A DNA stretch of 47,594 bases from Candidatus Geothermarchaeota archaeon (GCA_015522055.1 WAMZ01000094.1:1-47594), one strand, 5' to 3'. Positions 28,022 to 36,897 are shown, numbered from the stretch's first letter. The notes: generated from the sequence alone by a model not told the origin. Numbers and translations are program-made.

Positions 28022-28486
28022 CTATAGGAAGTCAAAATCAAGTGATTCAGTTATATTCTCAAGATGTACCTCCAAGTCGCTTAGCCTGAACTTATCCCCG
28101 ATAGATTTAACTATACGGAATATCTCTCTGGACTTCGGATAAATATATGGATTGAAGACTCTATATACTTTCCTATCACCTATAGTTTCATATATGTATC
28201 CCTCTGCATAGAAGGGCATGTCTAAGAAGGAGTCCGCATCCTCCTTAGGCAAGACCTTACCTAGAAATACATATCTCCTAATCAGCCCATCCTTAAACTC
28301 AATTATAACCGATGCATTGAGTGAACCCAGTGTATTAAATGTCTGCAGCAGCACCTCCCTATATCTACGTCCCCTACTCGGCTCCGGAACCCTACTAAGG
28401 CTTTTTATATGCTCATGACGCTCCAAGTCCTTCTCCAAAAAGTTCACCATAGCATTTATATCCTTACCCTCATAGACGACCTCCAT
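28022..28486 (-). CDS. Hypothetical protein (no recognisable domain), likely co-transcribed with aor
   Basis: 154-aa Cys-free ORF ending 9 nt before the aor start, with local codon usage. Divergent from the Lrp/AsnC gene across a 157-nt AT-rich spacer. Confidence 0.5.
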   Translation of the reverse strand: MEVVYEGKDINAMVNFLEKDLERHEHIKSLSRVPEPSRGRRYREVLLQTFNTLGSLNASVIIEFKDGLIRRYVFLGKVLPKEDADSFLDMPFYAEGYIYETIGDRKVYRVFNPYIYPKSREIFRIVKSIGDKFRLSDLEVHLENITESLDFDFL

Positions 28487-28643
28487 CCGGAACCACCGAA
28501 AAATTATATTTATGTCATACGGTATAAAGATAAATTCAATGTTGTTAATTATAGATTGATTTATATTTATCTTTATTCTATCAGCAATAGTAATTATGTA
28601 TATTTTTAAATTGATTTAAATATGAAATTGAATAATATTAAAT

Positions 28644-29144
28644 GTGGGTGTCGGGATGCCGAGGCGGGCTAGGGAGAGGAAGGCCGAGGACGAACCTATT
28701 GACGAGACGGATAAGAAGATCCTGAACCTGCTCCAGGACGATGCCACAAGGTCTTTGGAGGAGCTGGGAAGGGAGCTAGGGATGTCTAAAACCGCTATAC
28801 ACTACAGAATTAACAAGATGAGGGATAAGGGAATTATCAAGAAGATCATGGCGCTGATAGACCCACATAAAATCGGATATGACATATTTGCGGTATCACT
28901 CATTAAAGCCAAGTTTGGGCCAAACTATCAGAACATCGTGGGTGAGAAGCTAAGCAAGATAAAGGGAGTATGGGCGGTATACTTCCTCCTAGGAGACATC
29001 GACTTCGTCGTCTTACTCAGGGCTAAAAATAGAAATGACTTGATGAGGATTATAGACCAGTTTATTAATATTCCGGAGATAGAGCGCAGCAGTACACACC
29101 TCATACTCACAACGATAAAGGAGGATCCAAAGGTAGACCTTTAG
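28644..29144 (+). CDS. Lrp/AsnC-family transcriptional regulator
   Basis: HTH region DETDKKILNLLQDDATRSLEELGRELGMSKTAIHYRINKMRDKGIIKK and a RAM-domain C-terminus (VWAVYFLLGDIDFVVLLRAKN). The track start is a GTG; ATG at 28656 is the more likely start. Confidence 0.85.
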   Translation: MGVGMPRRARERKAEDEPIDETDKKILNLLQDDATRSLEELGRELGMSKTAIHYRINKMRDKGIIKKIMALIDPHKIGYDIFAVSLIKAKFGPNYQNIVGEKLSKIKGVWAVYFLLGDIDFVVLLRAKNRNDLMRIIDQFINIPEIERSSTHLILTTIKEDPKVDL

Positions 29145-29321
29145 TTACACCCCTCTAGGATTGCTGTTTGGCCACCCCATTAAATTAGACATGTCTATAA
29201 AATGTAAAACCCTGTAAATATTTCTGTGAACCCAAGTAAATAGAGAGCCCATTGTTATACAATTGTGTACATCTCCATTGTACAAATTAATATAAATTGT
29301 GTTCGTAAGGATTCATTTTTA

Positions 29322-29391
29322 TGTGGATGATGATGGAGGTGATCTGGGACCCTCTACGGGGGGTGTGACCAGATTCCGATAGCCTGACACA
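29322..29391 (+). ncRNA. Candidate box C/D guide sRNA
   Basis: C box AUGAUGA (29327-29333); 12-nt guide UGGAGGUGAUCU; degenerate D' GGGA (29346-29349); 15-nt self-complementary spacer; degenerate C' GUGACCA (29365-29371); 12-nt guide GAUUCCGAUAGC; D box CUGA (29384-29387). The flanks UGUG/CACA can form a 4-bp terminal stem. A TATA-like TTAATATAAA (29287-29296) sits about 27-30 nt upstream. The element is a GC-rich island in an AT-rich 312-nt spacer. Confidence 0.45.
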
Positions 29392-29456
29392 GATAAACCT
29401 CAATTGACCTGCTTATATCCCGGCTAAATACACTTCAATACAATTAGTATTTATGT

Positions 29457-30593
29457 ATGGTGGAGAGACACTTTTGGTCCGGAAATATAGCTATTGCGGA
29501 GGGGGCGCTTAGAGCAGGCTTGAAATTCTATGCAGGCTACCCTATAACTCCGAGTAGTGACCTAATGGAATATATCAGCAGAGAACTCCCCAGGAGGGGC
29601 GGCATATTTATACAGGGTGAGGATGAGATAGCCTCTATAAATATGGCTATAGGGGCAAGTATTGCTGGCTTAAAATCAATGACAGCCACCAGTGGACCCG
29701 GCTTCAGCCTCATGCAGGAGGCAATAGGCCTAGCGATAATGCTTGAAATACCAATAGTGGTTGTGGATGTCATGAGGTTAGGGCCTTCCACAGGCCAGGC
29801 GACGAAGAGTGGCATGGGCGATGTAATGCAGGCCAGGTGGGGGAGGCATGGGGACCAGAGTCTAGTCGTACTGGCTGTATCGAGCCCAAGAAAAGCCTTC
29901 TATAAAACAGTAGAGGCGTTCAACATATCTGAGAGGCTTAGGACACCCGTTATACTACTGATCGATGAACTAACTTCCCACCTATGGGAGACCGTAGTAA
30001 TAGATGATGGGATTAAAGTGGTTGACAGGATATATGGAGGGCCTGACGACATGTTCTTCGACTCAAGCGACCCCTCCAAACCACCACCTATGCCCAGGAT
30101 TGGGGAAGGCTACTATGTCCTATATACAAGCTCGACCCACAACGGCTATGGTGTTAGGAAGACCCAGAACCCCGAGGTACACTCGAGGCTCGTGAGGCGG
30201 CTCAATAGGAAGATCTGGGATAACACTAGTCAACTATTTAAGTTGGATATATATCCAGATCCTGATGTAGATGGTGGCGATATTGCATTAGTAAGCTATT
30301 GTTCAGCTGCACGGGCCTGTAGGGAGGCTGTGGATATGCTGAGTAGAGATGGTTTCAGGGCGTTCAGTATAGAGCTAGAGACACTGTGGCCAATGGATTA
30401 TAGAATCTTATCGAGATATCTAAAAGATGTATCGCTTATAATAGTCCCAGAGATGAATTTAGGGCAAATAATTTATGACATTAGACTAGTAGCCGGGATG
30501 GATAATGTAGTTGGCTATAGTAAAGTAGGGGGTGGAATACCGATATTCCCCGATGAACTATGTAGGTTCATAAAGGAGGTGATAAGGAGATGA
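29457..30593 (+). CDS. korA: 2-oxoacid:ferredoxin oxidoreductase, alpha subunit
   Basis: AGYPITPSSD motif. 378 aa. Overlaps the beta-subunit start (ATGA). Confidence 0.85.
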   Translation: MVERHFWSGNIAIAEGALRAGLKFYAGYPITPSSDLMEYISRELPRRGGIFIQGEDEIASINMAIGASIAGLKSMTATSGPGFSLMQEAIGLAIMLEIPIVVVDVMRLGPSTGQATKSGMGDVMQARWGRHGDQSLVVLAVSSPRKAFYKTVEAFNISERLRTPVILLIDELTSHLWETVVIDDGIKVVDRIYGGPDDMFFDSSDPSKPPPMPRIGEGYYVLYTSSTHNGYGVRKTQNPEVHSRLVRRLNRKIWDNTSQLFKLDIYPDPDVDGGDIALVSYCSAARACREAVDMLSRDGFRAFSIELETLWPMDYRILSRYLKDVSLIIVPEMNLGQIIYDIRLVAGMDNVVGYSKVGGGIPIFPDELCRFIKEVIRR

Positions 30594-31393
30594 AACATCC
30601 CCTAGTTAAGTACTTGAGGGAGGAGCATCTACCAACCATATTCTGCCCAGGATGTGGCGACGGTATAGTGATGAAAGCCCTATTTATGGCTTTCGACGAA
30701 CTCGGGATCGAGAAGCTAGATAAATATATATTCGTGAGCGGTATAGGGTGCGCCGCATGGATACCCAGCCCCCATATAAAGGCAGATACGGTGCACACCC
30801 TCCATGGACGGGCGATACCGATTGCTACGGGTATAAAGCTGGCGAGGCCAGACCTAGAGGTGATCGTGGTTGGAGGGGATGGAGACATAGCTGGTATAGG
30901 TGGTAACCACTTACTACATGCAGCCAGGAGAAACATGGATATAATGACGATAATGGTTAATAATTTGGTGTATGGTATGACTGGGGGTCAACTGGCCCCC
31001 ACAACCCCAATAGGGTTCAAGACGAGCACCACACCATATGGAAATATAGAATATCCACTTGACACATGTATGGTAGTGGCCTCCGCTGGAGCCAATTATG
31101 TGGCTAGATGGACGGTCGCACATTTCAAGCAACTCAAGGACTCATTCAAGAAGGCGCTACACAAGAAAGGATTCCGTTTCATAGAGGTCGTCGCCCAATG
31201 TACATCTAGGGTCACCAATAGAATGGGTATACCGCCATCTCACTACATGAAGGAATTGCTGAGAAAATCGATAAATATATCAAAAGTGGAGTTCGGCAGC
31301 CAAATACACGACGACCAGATTATAATTGGGGAATATATAGATAGGGATAGGGAAAGCTATATCGAGCTAATGGCGAGGATGGAGGTAAAATGA
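30590..31393 (+). CDS. korB: 2-oxoacid:ferredoxin oxidoreductase, beta (TPP/[4Fe-4S]) subunit
   Basis: FCPGCGDG cluster/TPP motif, VVGGDGD, MTGGQ. A GGAGGTGATAAGGAG SD precedes the ATG. Confidence 0.9.
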   Translation: MKHPLVKYLREEHLPTIFCPGCGDGIVMKALFMAFDELGIEKLDKYIFVSGIGCAAWIPSPHIKADTVHTLHGRAIPIATGIKLARPDLEVIVVGGDGDIAGIGGNHLLHAARRNMDIMTIMVNNLVYGMTGGQLAPTTPIGFKTSTTPYGNIEYPLDTCMVVASAGANYVARWTVAHFKQLKDSFKKALHKKGFRFIEVVAQCTSRVTNRMGIPPSHYMKELLRKSINISKVEFGSQIHDDQIIIGEYIDRDRESYIELMARMEVK

Positions 31394-31893
31394 AGATAAT
31401 ATCGGTAATAGGGCTAGGTGGCCAAGGCATATCCCTCCTAGGGAGGCTATTGGGATATGCTGCAACCCTAGATGGGAGGTATGCATCGGTACATTCCAGC
31501 TATGGCGCAGAGGTAAGGGGTGGGAGAGTCGAGAGTAAGATAGTCATACACGATAAAGACATTATTAATCCATATGTATCAGGGGCCAATATTTATATAG
31601 TTCTCCATAAGGTGGGCTGGGAACTAGCTAATATATCCAGTATTGAGGCGGTGGAGATATATGCAGATAAAGATTTATGTGGCGACCGTCTCAGCGATAG
31701 ACATACAATCCATATACCATTCAGCAGAATATCCTTAGAAGAGGATATACCCCTAAACATGCTGGTACTAGGATTCGTGGCAAAGAAAGTTGGAATATCA
31801 TTAGAAAGTATCTATAAAGCATTGGAAGAGTGGGGGTTAACAAGGGAGAAAAATGTATTAGCTCTAAAAAGAGGATTCGAATTAAAAATATAG
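31390..31893 (+). CDS. korG: 2-oxoacid:ferredoxin oxidoreductase, gamma subunit
   Basis: N-terminus IGLGGQGI typical of gamma subunits. 4-nt overlap with korB. Confidence 0.8.
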   Translation: MKIISVIGLGGQGISLLGRLLGYAATLDGRYASVHSSYGAEVRGGRVESKIVIHDKDIINPYVSGANIYIVLHKVGWELANISSIEAVEIYADKDLCGDRLSDRHTIHIPFSRISLEEDIPLNMLVLGFVAKKVGISLESIYKALEEWGLTREKNVLALKRGFELKI

Positions 31894-31998
31894 TTGATTT
31901 TCCATAATGAAAACTATAGCATTAAATTATTGGAAGGACATTTATTATTTGGCATGTTTCGAGGTAAATGGAATAGTATAATTATTGGGAGTAGGCAT

Positions 31999-34041
31999 AT
32001 GGAGCATGAAGGGCACATGGAACACGGAGACCATAGAGGTCATGAGGAGCATAAGCCTATGGAGGAACATGTCCATAAACACGATATGGGAGAGAATCAC
32101 CATGAAATGATGATAAGGGACTTTAGGAAGAGATTCATAATATCATTTATAATTACGATACCTATACTTCTGCTTGACCCAACGATCCAAGAGGTATTCA
32201 ACTTCGAATTCCTCCCAGACATATCCAGCCCCCTCCTATTCATCCTCTCATCAATCATATATCTATATGGAGGCAAACCATTCTTACTAGGTTTCTACGA
32301 CGAGATCAGTAAGAGAAAACCGGGTATGATGGTCCTCATCAGCGTAGCAATATCAGTCGCATATAGCTATAGCATACTGACATTAGTACATCCAATGGGA
32401 GACCCATTCTTCTGGGAGCTCGCCACACTAATTGATGTAATGCTGCTCGGCCACTGGATAGAGATGAAGGCTATCTTAGGCGCTTCAAAGGCTCTAGAGA
32501 AGATGGTCAAGCTTCTACCATCCAAGGCGATAAAGATATTGGATGATGGCACAACAATCGAGGTACCTGTAGAGGAGCTCAAACCCGGCGACCATGTATT
32601 AATAAGGCCTGGTGAAAGAGTCCCAGTCGATGGGGTGGTCGTCGAAGGTAAGAGCAACGTAGATGAATCGATATTGACTGGGGAGTCTCTACCACAGTCG
32701 AAGGGGAAGGGCGACAAAGTCATCGCGGGCTCTATAAACCTAGAGGGATCCCTCACAGTTAAGGTGTTGAAGACCGGGAAGGAGACATATGTATCCCAGG
32801 TTATAGAGCTAGTGAAGGAGGTGCAGGAGGCACGGTCAAGGACTCAGGACCTGGCTGACAAAGCAGCATTCCTACTGACATTAATAGCCATATTCGGCGG
32901 TACACTCACACTAGCCACATGGATCTTGGTAGGTGGAGATATAAACTTCGCGTTGGAGAGAGCCGTTACAGTCATGGTCATAGCATGCCCACATGCATTG
33001 GGCCTCGCCATACCATTAGCCGTAGCAGTATCCACATCACTAGCGGCCCAGCGAGGATTCCTGATAAGGGAGAGAGACGCCTTTGAAAGAACTAGGCTTA
33101 TAGACACAATTGTATTCGACAAGACGGGTACACTCACCAAAGGTGAGTTCGGGGTAACAGACGTAATCCCCTTAGACTCCAATGAAGATGAGGAGGAGAT
33201 ACTTGTTATGGCAGCATCCGTAGAGAAGATGTCTGAGCACCCCATAGCCAAGGCAATAGTGAAGGAGGCTAAGAGGCGGGGGCTCAAGCTATTAAATGCA
33301 TCCGACTTCACCGCCATGGCCGGGATAGGGGTCAAAGCCAGGCTCAATGGCAAAGAAGTATCACTCGTAAGCCCCAACTATCTAAGGGAATCCGGGCACG
33401 GAGATATACTAGAGAAAATCCCGGAGTCGATAAGAGGAAATAAGACTGTTGTATATGTATTGGTGGATGGAAGGCCTGTCGGTGCCATAGCGCTGGGTGA
33501 TATAATTAGAGAAGAGTCGTATGAGGCTGTGCGCAAGTTGAGGGAGATGGGTCTCAGGGTAATAATGCTCACTGGAGACAATCGTAACGTCGCTGAGTAT
33601 GTCAGTAGGGAATTGGGTATAGATGAGTATTTCGCTGAGTTGCTACCCCACCAGAAGGTTGAGGCCATCAGAGAGCTGCAGAGCAGGGGCTTCAAAGTAG
33701 CTATGGTAGGTGACGGAATAAACGATGCACCAGCACTCATACAGGCGGATGTAGGTATCGCCATCGGTGCCGGTACAGACATCGCCATCGAGTCGGCAGA
33801 CATAATACTCGTCAGGAACGACCCCAGAGACATCGTCGATGTAGTAAGGCTATCCAAGAAGAGTTATAGGAAGATGATAGAGAACTTGATATGGGCTACT
33901 GGATACAACTCATTCGCAATACCCTTAGCAGCGGGCGTACTCGTCGCCTATGGCATAGTTTTGACACCGGCGGTCGGCGCAGCATTAATGTCGCTAAGCA
34001 CAGTAATTGTCGCTATAAATGCAAAGCTATTAAAGATATAA
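31999..34041 (+). CDS. copB: P1B-3 copper ATPase CopB with a His-rich N-terminus
   Basis: MEHEGHMEHGDHRGHEEHKPMEEHVHKHDMGENHHEMM leader, TGES, ACPHALGLAIP (CPH), DKTGT, SEHPIA, GDGINDAP, plus GYN and MSLST. The six-frame ORF extends to a TTG at 31894, but the ATG at 31999 starts the His-rich domain and is preferred. Confidence 0.9.
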   Translation: MEHEGHMEHGDHRGHEEHKPMEEHVHKHDMGENHHEMMIRDFRKRFIISFIITIPILLLDPTIQEVFNFEFLPDISSPLLFILSSIIYLYGGKPFLLGFYDEISKRKPGMMVLISVAISVAYSYSILTLVHPMGDPFFWELATLIDVMLLGHWIEMKAILGASKALEKMVKLLPSKAIKILDDGTTIEVPVEELKPGDHVLIRPGERVPVDGVVVEGKSNVDESILTGESLPQSKGKGDKVIAGSINLEGSLTVKVLKTGKETYVSQVIELVKEVQEARSRTQDLADKAAFLLTLIAIFGGTLTLATWILVGGDINFALERAVTVMVIACPHALGLAIPLAVAVSTSLAAQRGFLIRERDAFERTRLIDTIVFDKTGTLTKGEFGVTDVIPLDSNEDEEEILVMAASVEKMSEHPIAKAIVKEAKRRGLKLLNASDFTAMAGIGVKARLNGKEVSLVSPNYLRESGHGDILEKIPESIRGNKTVVYVLVDGRPVGAIALGDIIREESYEAVRKLREMGLRVIMLTGDNRNVAEYVSRELGIDEYFAELLPHQKVEAIRELQSRGFKVAMVGDGINDAPALIQADVGIAIGAGTDIAIESADIILVRNDPRDIVDVVRLSKKSYRKMIENLIWATGYNSFAIPLAAGVLVAYGIVLTPAVGAALMSLSTVIVAINAKLLKI

Positions 34042-34073
34042 CATCAATCCAACCCCCTCCCCACATTTTTTCC

Positions 34074-34283
34074 TCAAGACTTGGATATAATGAATATCGC
34101 GAAGTCAGGGCAGTAATACTCGCAGAGCCTACATCCAATACATAGAGACTCGTCAGAGACCTTGACATACCTATGTCCCAATGAATTCTTATCCTCCCCA
34201 AGATATAGAATCCTCTTTGGACAGAAGTCTATACATATGCCACATCCCTTACAGTATTCAGCCCTTACCACGATATTATACAT
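34074..34283 (-). CDS. korD: 2x[4Fe-4S] ferredoxin, 2-oxoacid:ferredoxin oxidoreductase delta-subunit-like
   Basis: CKGCGICIDFCP and CIGCRLCEYYCP motifs in a 69-aa protein; the YCKGCGIC context is typical of delta subunits. Confidence 0.75.
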   Translation of the reverse strand: MYNIVVRAEYCKGCGICIDFCPKRILYLGEDKNSLGHRYVKVSDESLCIGCRLCEYYCPDFAIFIISKS

Positions 34284-34354
34284 ACCAATAATCTGTAGGA
34301 ATTAACAAGCCATAAATATCCTTATCTATACGATAATATCCAAATTATATATGA

Positions 34355-35002
34355 CTAAAGTCCTAGGAAGGCCCTCGCATATTCAGTAGCCTCTAAATGG
34401 ATCTCATCATCCACACCACTTGAGGATATGAAATCCATGGCTTCACGCTTAAGCCACTCCATATGTCTACGCCTAACATCATTATCTAATGGCTTCTCAC
34501 ACTGGAGCTTCACACCACCCTCCATAAAACCCTCCGGGAAATACCAGACCTTAAACCAGGTGAAGCCTAAATAGAAGAGCTTCTTACCCAGCCTAGTACA
34601 TATAGGTGGATATCCCCTCTCCAACATAATCATGGTACGCTTATCATAGCTATAATCTATATATATTGCCTCCCCAGGCTCCACAACCTTGGAAAAGATA
34701 CTCAATAAACCATCTTCCAACCAACTATCGATAAAATAGATAGACTTATCCCCTACCAATACCCTATCCCTAACATCATATATCTCGATCCACCCAGTGT
34801 AATGGGGCTTCCTCCCAAGGAAAACCCTTACACTGCAAACGGGGGACTCATCCCCAATTGGATCGATAATGTTTAGGTTGAAGCCGAATTCCTCAGAGAA
34901 CCTCCCCATATAAAATCCTTTAGGCATGACAACCAAGCTCTCTCCATCAAACCCCCTGAGGGTTAGGCCTTTGAGAACCTCCTTCAAAACATTTCTATTC
35001 AA
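34355..35002 (-). CDS. Conserved-looking hypothetical protein (unknown function)
   Basis: 215-aa ORF with local codon bias, 71 nt upstream of and co-oriented with the delta-type ferredoxin. I recognise no catalytic motif. Confidence 0.5.
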   Translation of the reverse strand: MNRNVLKEVLKGLTLRGFDGESLVVMPKGFYMGRFSEEFGFNLNIIDPIGDESPVCSVRVFLGRKPHYTGWIEIYDVRDRVLVGDKSIYFIDSWLEDGLLSIFSKVVEPGEAIYIDYSYDKRTMIMLERGYPPICTRLGKKLFYLGFTWFKVWYFPEGFMEGGVKLQCEKPLDNDVRRRHMEWLKREAMDFISSSGVDDEIHLEATEYARAFLGL

Positions 35003-35135
35003 TATTTTACACCTAACTATCTAGATGGCTATATTTAATGATACAGTCAATACATAGATTGGATATTAGAATCTGGTAAAAAATTTCTCGAAAATATTTT
35101 TCTAAGATAGATTATACACTTTTTTGGTGTTATAA

Positions 35136-36851
35136 TTGCCTATCCTCACTGGAGCCGAAATCCTAGTCAAGTGTATGGTTAGGGAAGGCATTAGATACGT
35201 ATTCGGGGTTCCAGGTGGTGAACTGACTCCACTTCTAGAGGCCATCCGAGTAGAAGACGGCATCGAATTCATCCTGACTAGACATGAACAGGCAGCGGCC
35301 CATATGGCAGACGCATATTTCAGATTGACTAATAATATGGCTGCATGCATAGGTACTGTGGGGCCTGGGGCTGCAGACCTCGTCCCAGGGGTCTATCCAG
35401 CATATGCAGATGGTATACCATTGATGGTAGTTACAGCCCAGCACCAGTCCTGGAAATCATATCCCTCCCATGGAAGTATGCAGGAGTTGGATCAATACAT
35501 GTTATTCAAGGCAGTCACCAAGTGGAATGCCGTGGTTAACAACGTCTCAAGGATACCTGAGTTGTTCCATAGGGCCGTGAGGAATGCATATAGGGGGAGG
35601 ATGGGGCCCGTCCACCTCGACCTGCCCGTAGATATCCTATTCAAAAAATATCAATTCGCTAACATAGATGAATTTATACCCGATAGGTCTAGGTATAGGG
35701 CGTTGACCAAGCCAGTAGGGGAGCATGAGGCGATAAAGAGGGCCGCGAGGCTACTAGTAGAGGCGGATAAACCAGTGATACATCCCGGTGGAGGCGCATT
35801 ATGGTCGGGTGCATACGAAGAGATCAAGTTTCTAGCGGAGTATCTATCTATGCCAGTCATACCCAGCATGATCGCAAAAGGAATACTCCCCGAAGACCAT
35901 CCACTATACTTTATACCGGGTACGATGGTGTCGCTGGAGATACAGTCACAGGCCGACCTAGTATTATTAATAGGATGCCGAGTCGGCGACTTAGATTTCT
36001 GGGGCAGGCCACCCGCATGGGGTGAGCCGGATAAACAGAAGATAATTCAGATAGATATCGACCCTGAGAATATAGCTCTAAATAGGTATGTAGACCTAGC
36101 CATCCTTGGTGACGCCAAGCTTACACTTAAGCTTCTAATAGATGAGGTCAAGAGACTCACGGACCCGATAAAGAGAGATTATAGTACCTATAAGGAGATG
36201 GAGAGGGAGTGGCAGGAGGGCTTCATAAATGTAGCTATGCAGGATTGGGGAGGCATCCACCCACTAAGAGCGATATATGAAGTCAGGAAATTCTTCCCCA
36301 GGGACGCGATTGTGGTACTGGATGGTGGGAACGTACCCGTGTGGGCCCATTACCTCAACAGGATATATGGCCCGAGAACATTTCTATGGGCCGGGGACTC
36401 AGGCCATCTGGGTACAGGGCTTCCATACGCCATAGCCGCCAAACTAGCAAAACCAGAGAGAGATGTATACCTACTCACTGGAGACGGTTCGCTAATGTTC
36501 AATATACAGGAGATGGAGACCGCCGTGAGACTAGGCACAAAGATACATGTCATAGTCCTAAACGATAGGGCGTATGGCATGATAAGAGGCGTCCAAAAAT
36601 TGTTATATAAGGGTAAATACTATGGTGTTGATTTCCACGACGTAGACTATGCAAAGATAGCCTCAGGCATGGGCTGGTATGGAAGGAGGGTCGTTGAGCC
36701 GGAGGAGATTCATTCAGCCCTAGAAGAGGCATATAGTCAGGAGAGGCCAGCCCTAATAGATGTTGTTACACCTAAGGAATTAAGTATGGAGCCGCCGGAC
36801 CTAGCCCTACTTGGGGAGCTATGGATGGAGGGGGTAGAGTTCCCAGAATAA
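35136..36851 (+). CDS. Thiamine-diphosphate enzyme of the acetolactate synthase / sulfoacetaldehyde acetyltransferase / benzoylformate decarboxylase family
   Basis: N-terminal TGAEILVKCMVREGIRYVFGVPGGE and the TPP motif GDGSLMFNIQEMETAV...VLNDRAYG. A TTG start is required to retain the conserved N-terminus. No ilvN-like small subunit is adjacent. Confidence 0.8.
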   Translation: MPILTGAEILVKCMVREGIRYVFGVPGGELTPLLEAIRVEDGIEFILTRHEQAAAHMADAYFRLTNNMAACIGTVGPGAADLVPGVYPAYADGIPLMVVTAQHQSWKSYPSHGSMQELDQYMLFKAVTKWNAVVNNVSRIPELFHRAVRNAYRGRMGPVHLDLPVDILFKKYQFANIDEFIPDRSRYRALTKPVGEHEAIKRAARLLVEADKPVIHPGGGALWSGAYEEIKFLAEYLSMPVIPSMIAKGILPEDHPLYFIPGTMVSLEIQSQADLVLLIGCRVGDLDFWGRPPAWGEPDKQKIIQIDIDPENIALNRYVDLAILGDAKLTLKLLIDEVKRLTDPIKRDYSTYKEMEREWQEGFINVAMQDWGGIHPLRAIYEVRKFFPRDAIVVLDGGNVPVWAHYLNRIYGPRTFLWAGDSGHLGTGLPYAIAAKLAKPERDVYLLTGDGSLMFNIQEMETAVRLGTKIHVIVLNDRAYGMIRGVQKLLYKGKYYGVDFHDVDYAKIASGMGWYGRRVVEPEEIHSALEEAYSQERPALIDVVTPKELSMEPPDLALLGELWMEGVEFPE

Positions 36852-36897
36852 TGCCACATCCAAAACCTTTTTATCAATACATCATCGATGATCCAGA

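Noticed and set aside
28555-28618. Direct repeat ATTGATTTA (28555-28563 and 28610-28618) in the aor/lrp divergent promoter; ATTGATT also occurs at 13387, 13410 and ~19535
   Set aside because: My back-of-envelope expectation for a 9-mer repeat in a 160-nt stretch of ~80% AT sequence is close to 0.5, so this is not significant without comparative data.
29321-29368. 15-codon Met-rich mini-ORF (MWMMMEVIWDPLRGV) overlapping the C/D-like element
   Set aside because: It has no SD or leaderless-promoter geometry distinct from the sRNA model, and the C, D, C' and D' spacing explains the sequence better. I keep it as the alternative hypothesis in the finding.
31894-31998. TTG-initiated 35-codon N-terminal extension of copB beginning on the base after the korG stop
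   Set aside because: The extension is AT-rich, has non-protein-like composition and contains TATA-like tracts. The ATG at 31999 begins the His-rich metal-binding leader typical of CopB.
32844-33857. Two consecutive antisense ORFs (177 and 159 aa) opposite copB
   Set aside because: The reasoning is the same as for the copA shadow ORFs, and copB has every P1B motif in the plus frame.
36881-36892. Perfect 12-bp palindrome ATCATCGATGAT between the convergent TPP-enzyme and 3-hydroxyacyl-CoA dehydrogenase genes
   Set aside because: It has no loop, so it can form only a ~4-bp hairpin. The nearby T5 tract (36868-36872) is the more likely termination signal. It is not distinctive enough to call.
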